Source: an uncultured Pelagibacteraceae bacterium (GTDB taxonomy: Bacteria; Pseudomonadota; Alphaproteobacteria; Pelagibacterales; Pelagibacteraceae). From it: a stretch of 64,000 bases of DNA. A model generated the notes under the pieces. That model did no database searches, was not told the origin of the DNA, and saw only the letters and a program-made list of their open reading frames with translations. Location of the stretch: contig CACMRC010000003.1 of assembly GCA_902615975.1 (NCBI GenBank), positions 57,833-121,832 on the forward strand, read 5' to 3'. A program made the position numbers and the translations under genes. The stretch's first letter is position 1; every line of letters starts with the position of its first letter. This document shows, in pieces, positions 10,573 through 19,808 of the stretch.

Positions 10573-11127
10573 TTAATTATCTCCTTTTTTAATAAATGGA
10601 AAATTCATTTTTTCTAGTAAAGCAAAACTATGTTCTTTATTGATTGCTTTAATTACAATTATTATATCTAAACCTCTAACTTTGTCTGCTCTATCAAAAC
10701 TTACTTCTGGAAAAATTATATGCTCTTTAATGCCAAATGTATAATTACCGAATTTATCAAAGCCTTTTGGTGACAGACCTCTAAAATCTTTAATTCTAGG
10801 TAATGCAATATTTACTAATCTATCTAAGAATTCATACATTCTATTTTTTCTTAAAGTTACTTTTAAACCAGCGTTTGTTCCTTTTCTTGTTTTAAAGTTC
10901 GCAACTGATTTTTTAAATTTTGTCGTTACTGGTTTTTGTCCAGTAATTTTAGCCATATCCTCTTCACATGATTTTAAAATCTTAGAATCTGAAGCATCTA
11001 AACCAAGCCCCATATTTAAAACTACTTTTTCAATTCTTGGAGCCATATATATATTTTTAAAACTAAACTGATCTTTTAATGCAGGCTGTATTTCTTTATT
11101 GAGTATTTCTTTTAGTCTTGGTTTCAT
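10573..11127 (-). CDS. rplE: 50S ribosomal protein L5
   Basis: 'NIYMAPRIEKVVLNMGLG' and 'ITGQKPVTTKFKKSVANFKTRKG'. Confidence 0.97.
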   Translation of the reverse strand: MKPRLKEILNKEIQPALKDQFSFKNIYMAPRIEKVVLNMGLGLDASDSKILKSCEEDMAKITGQKPVTTKFKKSVANFKTRKGTNAGLKVTLRKNRMYEFLDRLVNIALPRIKDFRGLSPKGFDKFGNYTFGIKEHIIFPEVSFDRADKVRGLDIIIVIKAINKEHSFALLEKMNFPFIKKGDN

Positions 11128-11372
11128 TATTTTTTAGCCTCTTTTTTCTTAGCAGCTTTTTCATCAATTAGTTTTAAGTTAGAAATATGAATAAAGCTTT
11201 CCTTTGGAAAAATTCCACCTTTTTTCTCTTTTGTTGTTTTTACGTGTTTTTTAACCATGTTTATTTCTTTAACTTTAACTCTGTTGTTAGCTCTATCAAT
11301 TTCAATAACTTCTCCTTCTTTTTTTTTATCTTTTCCAGTTAAAACTCTTACTTTCAAACCTTTTTTAATCAT
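11127..11372 (-). CDS. rplX: 50S ribosomal protein L24 (short, 81 aa)
   Basis: KOW motif '[22 protein letters not shown]' and 'NMVKKHVK'. Position is between rplN and rplE. Confidence 0.93.
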   Translation of the reverse strand: MIKKGLKVRVLTGKDKKKEGEVIEIDRANNRVKVKEINMVKKHVKTTKEKKGGIFPKESFIHISNLKLIDEKAAKKKEAKK

Positions 11373-11740
11373 TATAAAACCTCTGGTGCCAATGAAATAA
11401 TTTTCATTTGACCTCTGCTTCTTAATTCTCTTGTAACTGGACCAAAAATTCTTGTACCCACTGGTTCTCCTTTGTCATCAACTAAGACAGCGGCATTATT
11501 ATCAAATCTTACTTTAGAACCATCGTTTCTATGTATTCCTTTTTTTACTCTTACAACTACTGCTTTATGAACAGATCCTTTTTTAACTTTACCTTTAGGT
11601 ATCGCCTCTTTGACTGCAATTACAATTGTATCACCAATACTAGCGTATCTTCTTTTTGATCCACCTAGAACTTTAATGCACTCAATTCTTTTTGCCCCAG
11701 TATTATCAGCTACTTGTAATTCTGTTTGAACACCAATCAT
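11372..11740 (-). CDS. rplN: 50S ribosomal protein L14
   Basis: '[17 protein letters not shown]' and '[10 protein letters not shown]'-type '[11 protein letters not shown]'. Confidence 0.98.
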   Translation of the reverse strand: MIGVQTELQVADNTGAKRIECIKVLGGSKRRYASIGDTIVIAVKEAIPKGKVKKGSVHKAVVVRVKKGIHRNDGSKVRFDNNAAVLVDDKGEPVGTRIFGPVTRELRSRGQMKIISLAPEVL

Positions 11741-11976
11741 TACTTTGTACTCTCCATAACTTGAAATTTTTTATTTTTAGAAAAAGGTTTGCTCTCAATA
11801 ATTGAAACTTTATCACCAGTTTTGAACTTATTATTTTCATCATGAGCGTTATAGTTTTTTCTAACTCTTATTACTTTTTTTAGAACTGGGTGAGAATATC
11901 TACGTTCTACCATAACAGTAACTGTTTTATTTGGTTTATCGCTTATAACTACACCTGTAAGTATTTTTTTAGGCAT
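11740..11976 (-). CDS. rpsQ: 30S ribosomal protein S17
   Basis: '[25 protein letters not shown]' and 'YNAHDENN'. Confidence 0.96.
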   Translation of the reverse strand: MPKKILTGVVISDKPNKTVTVMVERRYSHPVLKKVIRVRKNYNAHDENNKFKTGDKVSIIESKPFSKNKKFQVMESTK

Positions 11977-12160
11977 TTGCTTTTCCTTTTAAAATTGTTT
12001 TTAATCTTGCTATTGTTTTTCTAGTTTCCCCAATTTTAGCTGGGTTTGTTACTTGTGAATTCATTTTTTGAAATCTGAAATTAAAAAGATCTTTTTTGAG
12101 TTTATCTATGTTCTTCACAATTTCGTCCTTTGATAATTTTTTAATTTCTTGTTTTTTCAT
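11969..12160 (-). CDS. rpmC: 50S ribosomal protein L29
   Basis: 63 aa. '[11 protein letters not shown]'. Position is between rplP and rpsQ. Confidence 0.93.
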   Translation of the reverse strand: MKKQEIKKLSKDEIVKNIDKLKKDLFNFRFQKMNSQVTNPAKIGETRKTIARLKTILKGKANA

Positions 12161-12570
12161 TATGCAAATCTCTTAATTGTTTTAGTCTTAATAGGTAATT
12201 TTGCTGACGCTTTGTATAAAGCTTCTTTTGCAATTTGTTCAGAAACACCATCAACTTCGAATAATATTCTTCCTGGTTTTACTCTGCATGCAAAGTATTC
12301 AGGTGAACCCTTTCCTTTACCCATTCTGACTTCAATTGGTTTTTTTGAAACTGGTATATTTGGAAATATTCTTGTCCAAACTCTTCCTTGTCTTTTCATA
12401 TGTCTTGTTAAAGCAACTCTTGCTGCTTCAATCTGTTTTCCAGTAACTCTTTCAGGCTGTAAAGCTTTTAATGCGTAAGCACCATAATTAATAGTACTTG
12501 CTCTAGTAGCAGTACCATGAATTCTACCTTTGTGCGCTTTTCTCCACTTTGTTCTTACTGGTTGAAGCAT
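12160..12570 (-). CDS. rplP: 50S ribosomal protein L16
   Basis: '[16 protein letters not shown]' and '[12 protein letters not shown]'. Confidence 0.98.
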   Translation of the reverse strand: MLQPVRTKWRKAHKGRIHGTATRASTINYGAYALKALQPERVTGKQIEAARVALTRHMKRQGRVWTRIFPNIPVSKKPIEVRMGKGKGSPEYFACRVKPGRILFEVDGVSEQIAKEALYKASAKLPIKTKTIKRFA

Positions 12571-13250
12571 TACTGTTTACCTTCCTTTGTTGTTACCTTG
12601 TTTGTCTCTTGGCTAAATTCTCTAGCAAAAACTTCACCTTTATAAATCCAAACTTTAATGCCAATAATTCCATATGTCGTTAGAGCCTCTGCCTCTGCAT
12701 AATCTATATCAGCTCTTAAAGTATGTGATGGAATACTTCCATCTCTTAACCACTCTGTTCTAGCTATTTCATTTCCGCCAAGTCTTCCACTCACAGAAAC
12801 TTTAATGCCTTTTGCTCCGAGTCTAATACATGATTGCATTGCTCTTTTCATAGCTCTTCTATAAGAAATTCTTTTAACAAGCTGCTGGGCTATGTTTTCA
12901 GCTACTAAGTAAGCATTAGTTTCAGGTTTTTTAACTTCTTTAATATTTAGATTAACTTCATTTGTTGTGAATTTTGAAAGATTGTTTTTAATTTTGTCTA
13001 TATCACTTCCTTTTTTACCAATAACAAATCCAGGTCTAGAAGTATAGATTGTAACATAACATTTATTAGATGTTCTTTCGATCATTACCTTTGAAACACC
13101 AGAGTTAATTACATTTTTCTTGATATATTCCCTAATTTTAAAATCTTCGATTAGGTAATTTCCAAAATCTTTTTTCTTAGCATACCATACAGAGTCCCAT
13201 CCTCTGTTGACACCTAATCTAAAACCTACAGGATTAACTTTTTGCCCCAT
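12570..13250 (-). CDS. rpsC: 30S ribosomal protein S3
   Basis: '[13 protein letters not shown]' and KH-domain '[11 protein letters not shown]'. Confidence 0.98.
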   Translation of the reverse strand: MGQKVNPVGFRLGVNRGWDSVWYAKKKDFGNYLIEDFKIREYIKKNVINSGVSKVMIERTSNKCYVTIYTSRPGFVIGKKGSDIDKIKNNLSKFTTNEVNLNIKEVKKPETNAYLVAENIAQQLVKRISYRRAMKRAMQSCIRLGAKGIKVSVSGRLGGNEIARTEWLRDGSIPSHTLRADIDYAEAEALTTYGIIGIKVWIYKGEVFAREFSQETNKVTTKEGKQ

Positions 13251-13632
13251 GCTTCTCCATTTGTTTTGCTTCTGATAATATTATTGTAACAGTTGACCAA
13301 GGTTTTAATATCGGTGCCGCTCTTCCTTTGGCTCTTGGTCTAAATCTTTTCATAACTATTTTTTTTCCACAATATGCCTCTTTAACTATTAATTTATCAA
13401 TATCGTATTGAAAATTATTTTCAGCATTAGCTACCGCTGAACTAATAGTTTTTCTAACATCTCTAGTAACTCTCTTTTCTGAAAACTGTAAATCTCTAAT
13501 TGCAACATCAACTTTTTTGCCAACAATGCTTTTTAGTATTGGATTTAGCTTTCTGACACTTGATCTAATACCGTTGTTAACAGACTTTACTGTTTTATCG
13601 TTAAATTTATCTATTTTCTTTTTCTTGCCCAT
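13234..13632 (-). CDS. rplV: 50S ribosomal protein L22
   Basis: '[24 protein letters not shown]'. Synteny is rpsS-rplV-rpsC. Overlaps rpsC by 17 nt. Confidence 0.95.
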   Translation of the reverse strand: MGKKKKIDKFNDKTVKSVNNGIRSSVRKLNPILKSIVGKKVDVAIRDLQFSEKRVTRDVRKTISSAVANAENNFQYDIDKLIVKEAYCGKKIVMKRFRPRAKGRAAPILKPWSTVTIILSEAKQMEKHGAKS

Positions 13633-13634
13633 GA

Positions 13635-13931
13635 TTATTTCTTCTCTGCTGTTGCTGGTTTAGCTTTTTTATCAGCTGGTGTATGACCAAAGAACGTTCT
13701 TGTTGGAGCAAACTCACCTAATTTATGTCCAACCATATCTTCTGAAACAGTTATTGGTATAAATTTTTTCCCATTATAAATTTGGAAACTTACCCCTACA
13801 AAATCTGGTAAAATTGTAGATTTTCTTGACCAAGTTTTAATAGGAATTTTCTTTGGATCGTCTTTATACTTGTCCACTTTCTTCATCAAGCTTTCTTCTA
13901 CAAACGGACCTTTCCAAACTGCTCTAGCCAT
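13635..13931 (-). CDS. rpsS: 30S ribosomal protein S19
   Basis: '[11 protein letters not shown]' and '[15 protein letters not shown]'. Confidence 0.97.
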   Translation of the reverse strand: MARAVWKGPFVEESLMKKVDKYKDDPKKIPIKTWSRKSTILPDFVGVSFQIYNGKKFIPITVSEDMVGHKLGEFAPTRTFFGHTPADKKAKPATAEKK

Positions 13932-14770
13932 TACTTAGTATCCTTCCTCTTATTTCTTCTCTTAACTATAAACTTATCTGTTCTCTTATTATCTCGGGTT
14001 TTTAAACCTTTAGCTGATTGTCCTGTAGGCGATACTGGATGTCTTCCTCCAGCTGATTTACCTTCACCACCTCCATGTGGGTGATCAACTGGGTTTTTAA
14101 CAACACCTCTTGTATGAGGTCTTCTGCCCAACCATCTTGATCTACCTGCTTTTCCAATTTTAATATTTTTTTGATCTGGATTACTTAAAATTCCAATAGT
14201 AGCCAAAGCTCTTGAATCTATTTTTCTCACTTCACCAGAGGCTAATTTTATTAAACTATAGTTTCCATCTAGACCACTAATAGTAACTGATGAACCAGCT
14301 GCTCTAGCAATTTTTCCACCACCACCTGGCTGTATCTCGACATTATGTATATTGATACCCACTGGAATGTCTTGCAATGGCATACAATTACCTACTTTAA
14401 TTTCCTTTTTAGAGCCGCTTTCAACTTTATCTCCAACTTTAATTTTTTGTGGTGCTAAGAAATATGAGTGAGTACCATCCTCAAATTTAACTAACATAAT
14501 GTAGCATGATCTATTAGGATCATATTCAATTCTTTCAACTGTGGCTTCCATGTCAAATTTTTTTCTATAAAAATCAACATGTCTGTACATTTTTTTATGT
14601 CCACCAGCTCTATTAATAGATGTAATATGACCGTTATTATTTCTACCTTTCATCGCATTTTTAGGTGAAACTAAGGTCTTGAATGGCTTGCCTTTCCATA
14701 AACCAGTTCTATCAACTAAAATGGTGCCTCTTGTAGATTTTGTATATGGTTTAAAAGTTTTTAATGCCAT
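13931..14770 (-). CDS. rplB: 50S ribosomal protein L2
   Basis: '[30 protein letters not shown]'. Confidence 0.98.
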   Translation of the reverse strand: MALKTFKPYTKSTRGTILVDRTGLWKGKPFKTLVSPKNAMKGRNNNGHITSINRAGGHKKMYRHVDFYRKKFDMEATVERIEYDPNRSCYIMLVKFEDGTHSYFLAPQKIKVGDKVESGSKKEIKVGNCMPLQDIPVGINIHNVEIQPGGGGKIARAAGSSVTISGLDGNYSLIKLASGEVRKIDSRALATIGILSNPDQKNIKIGKAGRSRWLGRRPHTRGVVKNPVDHPHGGGEGKSAGGRHPVSPTGQSAKGLKTRDNKRTDKFIVKRRNKRKDTK

Positions 14771-14773
14771 TTA

Positions 14774-15067
14774 TTAAATTCCTGTTGTTAGATCAATACT
14801 TTGACCTTTTTTTAAAGTAATTATTGCTTTTTTATATCCAGATACTTTTACTTTTTTGCCTCTAGTTACTTTTGTTCTATTTTGTTTATTTATGATATTT
14901 ATTTTAGTTACATTAACTTTAAATATTTTTTCAATATTCTTTTTTAAATTTTTCTTATTTGCACCATCTGGAACTTTAAAAACAATTTTATTAAGTTCAG
15001 ATAAATTAGTAGATTTCTCAGTAACAACTGGAGAAAGAATTTTGTCGTATAAGTGAATTTTTTCCAT
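14774..15067 (-). CDS. rplW: 50S ribosomal protein L23
   Basis: 97 aa. 'ILSPVVTEKST' and 'YKKAIITL'. Position is between rplD and rplB. Confidence 0.94.
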   Translation of the reverse strand: MEKIHLYDKILSPVVTEKSTNLSELNKIVFKVPDGANKKNLKKNIEKIFKVNVTKINIINKQNRTKVTRGKKVKVSGYKKAIITLKKGQSIDLTTGI

Positions 15068-15068
15068 T

Positions 15069-15692
15069 TTATGAATATCTCTTTTCTAGTTCTTTCACGG
15101 AGCTTTCTGTGAAAACTACTTTTTTAAATTTAATAATGTCGAAAGCACTGAAATGATTTACATCTGTAACTTTAACATTTGGAATATTTCTTACTGATTT
15201 TTCTATTTTTTCTTTTGAATTTTTATCTAGAATTATTAGTGAATTTGTAATTTCAAGCTTATTAATAATTGAGTTCATCTCTTTTGTTTTTTTAATTTCA
15301 GAACTAAAATCATTTAAGATTAATAAATTTTTATTATTATTCTTTTCAGTAATTAATGAAGCTACGCTTTGTTTTTTCTCAGTTTTGTTTAGTTTTCTTT
15401 TTTTATAAGCCAATTCACCTTTTGGTCCATGAGCAATACCACCGCCTACGAAAATAGGAGCTTTTCTACTAGCATGCCTTGCACCACCTGTTCCCTTTTG
15501 AGCATATATTTTTGATGTAGGGCCTCTTACTTCATTTTGTTGTTTAGTTTTTGCGTGTCTTCCTTTGTAATTAGCATTTGTTTTGTAAAGAACAGCGCTG
15601 ACTAATTTATGATTAATTTTTGCAGAAAAAATCTTATCTAAAACTTCAATACTATCTTTTTTACCGTCTATACTAATTTTATCTAATTTCAT
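15069..15692 (-). CDS. rplD: 50S ribosomal protein L4
   Basis: 'QKGTGGARHASRKAPIFVGGGIAHGPK'. Confidence 0.96.
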   Translation of the reverse strand: MKLDKISIDGKKDSIEVLDKIFSAKINHKLVSAVLYKTNANYKGRHAKTKQQNEVRGPTSKIYAQKGTGGARHASRKAPIFVGGGIAHGPKGELAYKKRKLNKTEKKQSVASLITEKNNNKNLLILNDFSSEIKKTKEMNSIINKLEITNSLIILDKNSKEKIEKSVRNIPNVKVTDVNHFSAFDIIKFKKVVFTESSVKELEKRYS

Positions 15693-16402
15693 TATTTTTT
15701 CTTTTTCTCAGGTGTTTTTTTAGCCTCTTCAGCAGCTGCTTGTTTCTCACCAATTGTCATTTTACTTATATTTTTTACTGATTTTTTAACCATTACTTCA
15801 GAATTTTTTGAACCAGGTATCGACCCCTTTAAGTAAAGAAGTTCGTTCTCTAAGTCAGTTTTTATTATTTCAATATTTTGCATTGTTCTTAGCTTGTCAC
15901 CCATATGACCAGCCATTTTTTTTCCTTTAAAAACTTTTCCTGGATCTTGACTATGTCCTGTTGAACCATGTGCTCTGTGAGATATAGAAACACCATGACT
16001 GGCTCTTAAACCACCAAAATTATGTCTCTTCATAGCACCAGCAAAACCTTTACCAATTGTTTTTGATCTTGTGTCTACAAATTTGATATCTTTGAATATT
16101 TCTAAACCAAACTCGTTTCCTTCTTTGTAAACAGATGTGTCGTTTACTCTAAATTCTTTTAATTTTTTCTTAGCTTCAGTATTTTTTTTAGCAAAAACAC
16201 CTTTCATAGCTTTTGTTAATTTTGAATTTTTAATTTTCCCATATCCAAGCTGAACAGCCTTATACCCTCTTTTTTCTTCTTCAATAACCTGAATAACTCT
16301 AGCTTTTTCGACCTTAAGTACAGTCACAGGAACTAATTGACCAGATTTGTAGAACTCTCTCGTCATGCCTATTTTCTTTCCTATTAAAGCTATCTCACTC
16401 AT
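15692..16402 (-). CDS. rplC: 50S ribosomal protein L3
   Basis: 'GKGFAGAMKRHNFGGLRASHGVSISHRAHGSTG'. Confidence 0.97.
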   Translation of the reverse strand: MSEIALIGKKIGMTREFYKSGQLVPVTVLKVEKARVIQVIEEEKRGYKAVQLGYGKIKNSKLTKAMKGVFAKKNTEAKKKLKEFRVNDTSVYKEGNEFGLEIFKDIKFVDTRSKTIGKGFAGAMKRHNFGGLRASHGVSISHRAHGSTGHSQDPGKVFKGKKMAGHMGDKLRTMQNIEIIKTDLENELLYLKGSIPGSKNSEVMVKKSVKNISKMTIGEKQAAAEEAKKTPEKKKK

Positions 16403-16404
16403 AA

Positions 16405-16713
16405 TTAAATTTTTATCTCCACATCTACTCCAGAAGCTAAATCAAGTTTCATTAATGCCTCTACAGTTTGTGGTGTTGGTTCAATAATATCTATTAATCT
16501 TTTATGAGTTCTTGACTCAAATTGCTCTCTACTTTTCTTGTCTATATGAGGTGATCTTAAAACTGTATATCTTTCAATTCTAGTGGGTAATGGTATTGGT
16601 CCCTTAATTGTTGCTCCAGTTCTTTTTACTGTATTTACAATCTCCTCTGTAGAAGCATCTAGAACTTTATTGTCATATGCTCTTAATTTAATTCTAATAT
16701 TCTGTTTTTCCAT
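16405..16713 (-). CDS. rpsJ: 30S ribosomal protein S10
   Basis: '[14 protein letters not shown]' and '[14 protein letters not shown]'. Confidence 0.98.
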   Translation of the reverse strand: MEKQNIRIKLRAYDNKVLDASTEEIVNTVKRTGATIKGPIPLPTRIERYTVLRSPHIDKKSREQFESRTHKRLIDIIEPTPQTVEALMKLDLASGVDVEIKI

Positions 16714-16715
16714 GA

Positions 16716-18794
16716 TTAACCTGCAATCTTCTTAGTAACTTCGTCTTGAACATTTTGTGGTACTTTTGAATAATGATCAAAAAACATTGAATATTGTGCT
16801 CTACCTTGAGACATTGATCTTAAATTATTTATATAACCAAACATGTTAGCCAAAGGAACCATTGCTGTTATTACGGTTGCGTTACCTCTTTGCTCTTGAG
16901 TGTTAATTTGACCCCTTCTACTATTTAAATCACCTATAACATCACCCATGTAGTCTTCAGGAGTTACTACTTCAACTCTCATTACTGGCTCTAATAATTT
17001 TAGCCCACCTTTTGTACATGCTTCTTTAAAGCAAGCTCTGCTTGCTAATTCAAATGCTAGTACACTTGAGTCAACATCGTGATGCAATCCATCTAAGATG
17101 GTTACTTTGTAATCAATCATTGGAAATCCAGCTAAAATTCCAGTATCTGAAACAGTTTCTATTCCTTTTTCAACACCAGGGATAAATTCTTTTGGAATTG
17201 CACCACCTTTAATTTTGCTCTCAACATCTCTACCTTTGCCAGGTTCTTGAGGCTCTACTAAAAGTTTAACTTTTGCAAATTGACCAGCACCACCACTTTG
17301 TTTTTTGTGAGTGTATTCAACCTCTGAAGCAGCTTCTATAGTTTCTCTATAAGCAACTTGTGGAGCTCCAACATTGGCTTCTACTTTAAATTCTCTTTTC
17401 ATTCTATCAACAATAATATCCAAGTGTAGTTCACCCATTCCCTTAATAATTGTTTGTCCTGACTCTTCGTCTGAAGTAACTCTAAAAGAAGGATCTTCCT
17501 TAGCTAACCTGCCTAATGCTTCACCCATTTTTTCTTGGTCCGCTTTTGTTTTTGGTTCTACTGCAATTTCAATTACTGGATCAGGGAACTCCATTGGTTC
17601 AAGAAGGACAGAATTTTCTTTGTCACATAAAGTATGACCTGTAATAGTATTTTTTAATCCTGCTAAAGCAACTATATCACCTGCATTAGCTTCTTTAATA
17701 TCTTCTCGAGAGTTTGCATGCATTAAAAGCATTCTTCCAACTCTTTCTTCTTTTTCTTTAGAAGAGTTGAAGACTGCTGTACCAGTTTTGATTGTACCAG
17801 AATAGATTCTAATAAAAGTTAGTGAGCCAACAAATGGATCGTTAGCCACTTTAAAAGCTAAAGCAGAAAATGGAACACTATCTTCAAATTTCATTTCCAT
17901 TTCATCTTCACTACCTAATTTAGTTCCTTTGATAGATCCAATATCTACGGGACTTGGTAAGTAGTTTACAACTGCATCTAGTAAAGGCTGAACACCTTTG
18001 TTTTTGAATGCTGAACCTGTCAAAACTGGAACAAAACTAAAATTTAGAGTTCCTTTTCTTATGCATTTGACTAAATCTTCTTCTTTAATTTCATCGCCAT
18101 TTAAATAGGCTTCCATTAGCTTTTCATCTTGTTCAACAGCTGTTTCAACTAATTCTGTTCTATATTTTTCTGAAATTTCTTTTAAATCTCCTGGAATTTC
18201 TTTGTATTCCCATTCAGCTCCTAGTGCTTCATTTTTCCAAACTTGAGCTTTCATTTTAACAAGATCAACTACACCAGATAAAGAGGCTTCAGCTCCTATA
18301 GGGACTTGCAGAACCAATGGTTTTGCACCTAATCTATCTCTAATCATGTCTACACATCTAAAGAAATCAGCACCTGTTCTGTCTAATTTGTTTACAAAAC
18401 AAATTCTTGGTACTTTATACTTGTCGGCTTGTCTCCATACAGTTTCGGATTGTGGCTCTACACCTGCAACACCATCAAAAACAGCAACAGCACCATCTAA
18501 AACTTTTAAAGACCTTTCTACTTCAATGGTAAAATCAACGTGACCAGGTGTGTCTATAATATTAATTCTATGATTATTCCAAAAACAAGTAGTGGCCGCA
18601 GATGTAATTGTAATTCCTCTTTCTTGTTCCTGCTCCATCCAATCCATTGTTGCAGCACCATCGTGTACTTCACCAATTTTGTGACTCTTTCCTGTATAGT
18701 ATAGAACTCGTTCAGTAGTAGTTGTTTTACCGGCATCTATATGGGCCATGATTCCAATATTTCTGTATTTGTCTAATGTGTGAGTTCTAGCCAT
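16716..18794 (-). CDS. fusA: translation elongation factor G
   Basis: 692 aa. G1 '[19 protein letters not shown]', G3 'DTPGHVDF', G4 'NKLD'. Position is rpsL-rpsG-fusA. Confidence 0.98.
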   Translation of the reverse strand: MARTHTLDKYRNIGIMAHIDAGKTTTTERVLYYTGKSHKIGEVHDGAATMDWMEQEQERGITITSAATTCFWNNHRINIIDTPGHVDFTIEVERSLKVLDGAVAVFDGVAGVEPQSETVWRQADKYKVPRICFVNKLDRTGADFFRCVDMIRDRLGAKPLVLQVPIGAEASLSGVVDLVKMKAQVWKNEALGAEWEYKEIPGDLKEISEKYRTELVETAVEQDEKLMEAYLNGDEIKEEDLVKCIRKGTLNFSFVPVLTGSAFKNKGVQPLLDAVVNYLPSPVDIGSIKGTKLGSEDEMEMKFEDSVPFSALAFKVANDPFVGSLTFIRIYSGTIKTGTAVFNSSKEKEERVGRMLLMHANSREDIKEANAGDIVALAGLKNTITGHTLCDKENSVLLEPMEFPDPVIEIAVEPKTKADQEKMGEALGRLAKEDPSFRVTSDEESGQTIIKGMGELHLDIIVDRMKREFKVEANVGAPQVAYRETIEAASEVEYTHKKQSGGAGQFAKVKLLVEPQEPGKGRDVESKIKGGAIPKEFIPGVEKGIETVSDTGILAGFPMIDYKVTILDGLHHDVDSSVLAFELASRACFKEACTKGGLKLLEPVMRVEVVTPEDYMGDVIGDLNSRRGQINTQEQRGNATVITAMVPLANMFGYINNLRSMSQGRAQYSMFFDHYSKVPQNVQDEVTKKIAG

Positions 18795-18800
18795 AATTTA

Positions 18801-19271
18801 TTACCACCTAAAATGAGCAAATGCCTTATTTGACTCTGCCATTTTATGCACATCCTCTCTTTTTTTAACTGCAGCTCCTTTTTTTTCATAAGCATCATAG
18901 AGCTCATTAAAAATTTTATCTGCCATGTGTTTATCTTTTCTTTTCCTTGCTGATTCAACTAACCATCTAATTGCTAATGCTTGTGCCCTTTTATTTTTAA
19001 CTTCAACAGGAACTTGATAAGTTGCACCACCAACTCTTCTAGATCTAACTTCTACAGTTGGTTTAATGTTGTTAATTGCCTCATTAAAAATGTTTATTGG
19101 TTCATCTTTCGTCTTTGTTTTAATTTTATCAATTGCATCATAAACAATTTTAGCGGCAATACCTCTTTTACCGTCATACATGATGTTGTTGATTAATTTT
19201 GGAATAATAGTTGATTTAAATTTTGGATCAGGAACTACATTTTTTTTTGGTTGAGTTTTTTTTCTAGACAT
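18801..19271 (-). CDS. rpsG: 30S ribosomal protein S7
   Basis: '[15 protein letters not shown]', 'GGATYQVPVEV' and the terminal 'AHFRW'. Confidence 0.98.
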   Translation of the reverse strand: MSRKKTQPKKNVVPDPKFKSTIIPKLINNIMYDGKRGIAAKIVYDAIDKIKTKTKDEPINIFNEAINNIKPTVEVRSRRVGGATYQVPVEVKNKRAQALAIRWLVESARKRKDKHMADKIFNELYDAYEKKGAAVKKREDVHKMAESNKAFAHFRW

Positions 19272-19642
19272 TATTTACCTTTTTTTGTTCCGTATAAAGA
19301 TCTTCTTTTTTTTCTGTTTGCAACACCTTGAGTATCAAGGTTACCTCTAAGAATATGATAACGAACACCTGGTAAATCTTTTACCCTACCGCCTCTAATT
19401 AGAACTACTGAGTGTTCTTGAAGGTTGTGACCTTCTCCAGGAATGTAAGCTGTAACTTCAAATCCATTTGACAATCTTACTCTAGCAACTTTTCTTAATG
19501 CAGAGTTTGGTTTCTTAGGAGTTGTTGTATAAACTTTCACACAAACACCTCTCTTTAAAGGTTGTTTTTGTAGAGCAGGAACTTTGTTCCTTGCTGCTGA
19601 TTTCACTCTTTTTTTTCTTAACAACTGGTTAATTGTTGGCAT
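19271..19642 (-). CDS. rpsL: 30S ribosomal protein S12
   Basis: '[12 protein letters not shown]' and '[19 protein letters not shown]'. Confidence 0.98.
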   Translation of the reverse strand: MPTINQLLRKKRVKSAARNKVPALQKQPLKRGVCVKVYTTTPKKPNSALRKVARVRLSNGFEVTAYIPGEGHNLQEHSVVLIRGGRVKDLPGVRYHILRGNLDTQGVANRKKRRSLYGTKKGK

Positions 19643-19751
19643 AAAATTTTTAAATTAATTAATTTATTTTTAGATGAAAATAACTGACAGGTTATTTTGT
19701 GGCAGCGTTTAGTACTGTTAGAAGCACTACATTCCAACCAAAAACATCGCC

Positions 19752-19779
19752 AAATTACTTAATAATAACCCTTTGTCAA
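19752..19779 (-). promoter_or_regulatory. candidate promoter for rpsL-rpsG-fusA and downstream genes
   Basis: The minus strand reads a perfect TTGACA (19779-19774), a 16-nt spacer, then TAATTT (19757-19752, TAnnnT). It lies in the largest spacer of the cluster (166 bp, rpoC-rpsL) and would give a leader of about 100 nt. Confidence 0.3.
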
Positions 19780-19808
19780 ACTAAAACTGCAATTTTTAGG
19801 CGATTTTT

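Noticed and set aside
12149-12478. 109-aa plus-strand ORF
   Set aside because: It is antisense to the highly conserved rplP with no recognisable motifs. It is a chance open frame.
18554-18958. Two 60-61-aa minus-strand ORFs in alternative frames over fusA and rpsG
   Set aside because: They overlap the 5' end of fusA and the 3' end of rpsG in other frames. They have no motifs and no translation signals.
19677-19698. Hairpin aaaataac-tgacag-gttatttt in the rpsL leader
   Set aside because: The 8-bp stem has a single G-C pair. Such AT-only palindromes are expected by chance at this composition, which is not enough to call a terminator or riboswitch.
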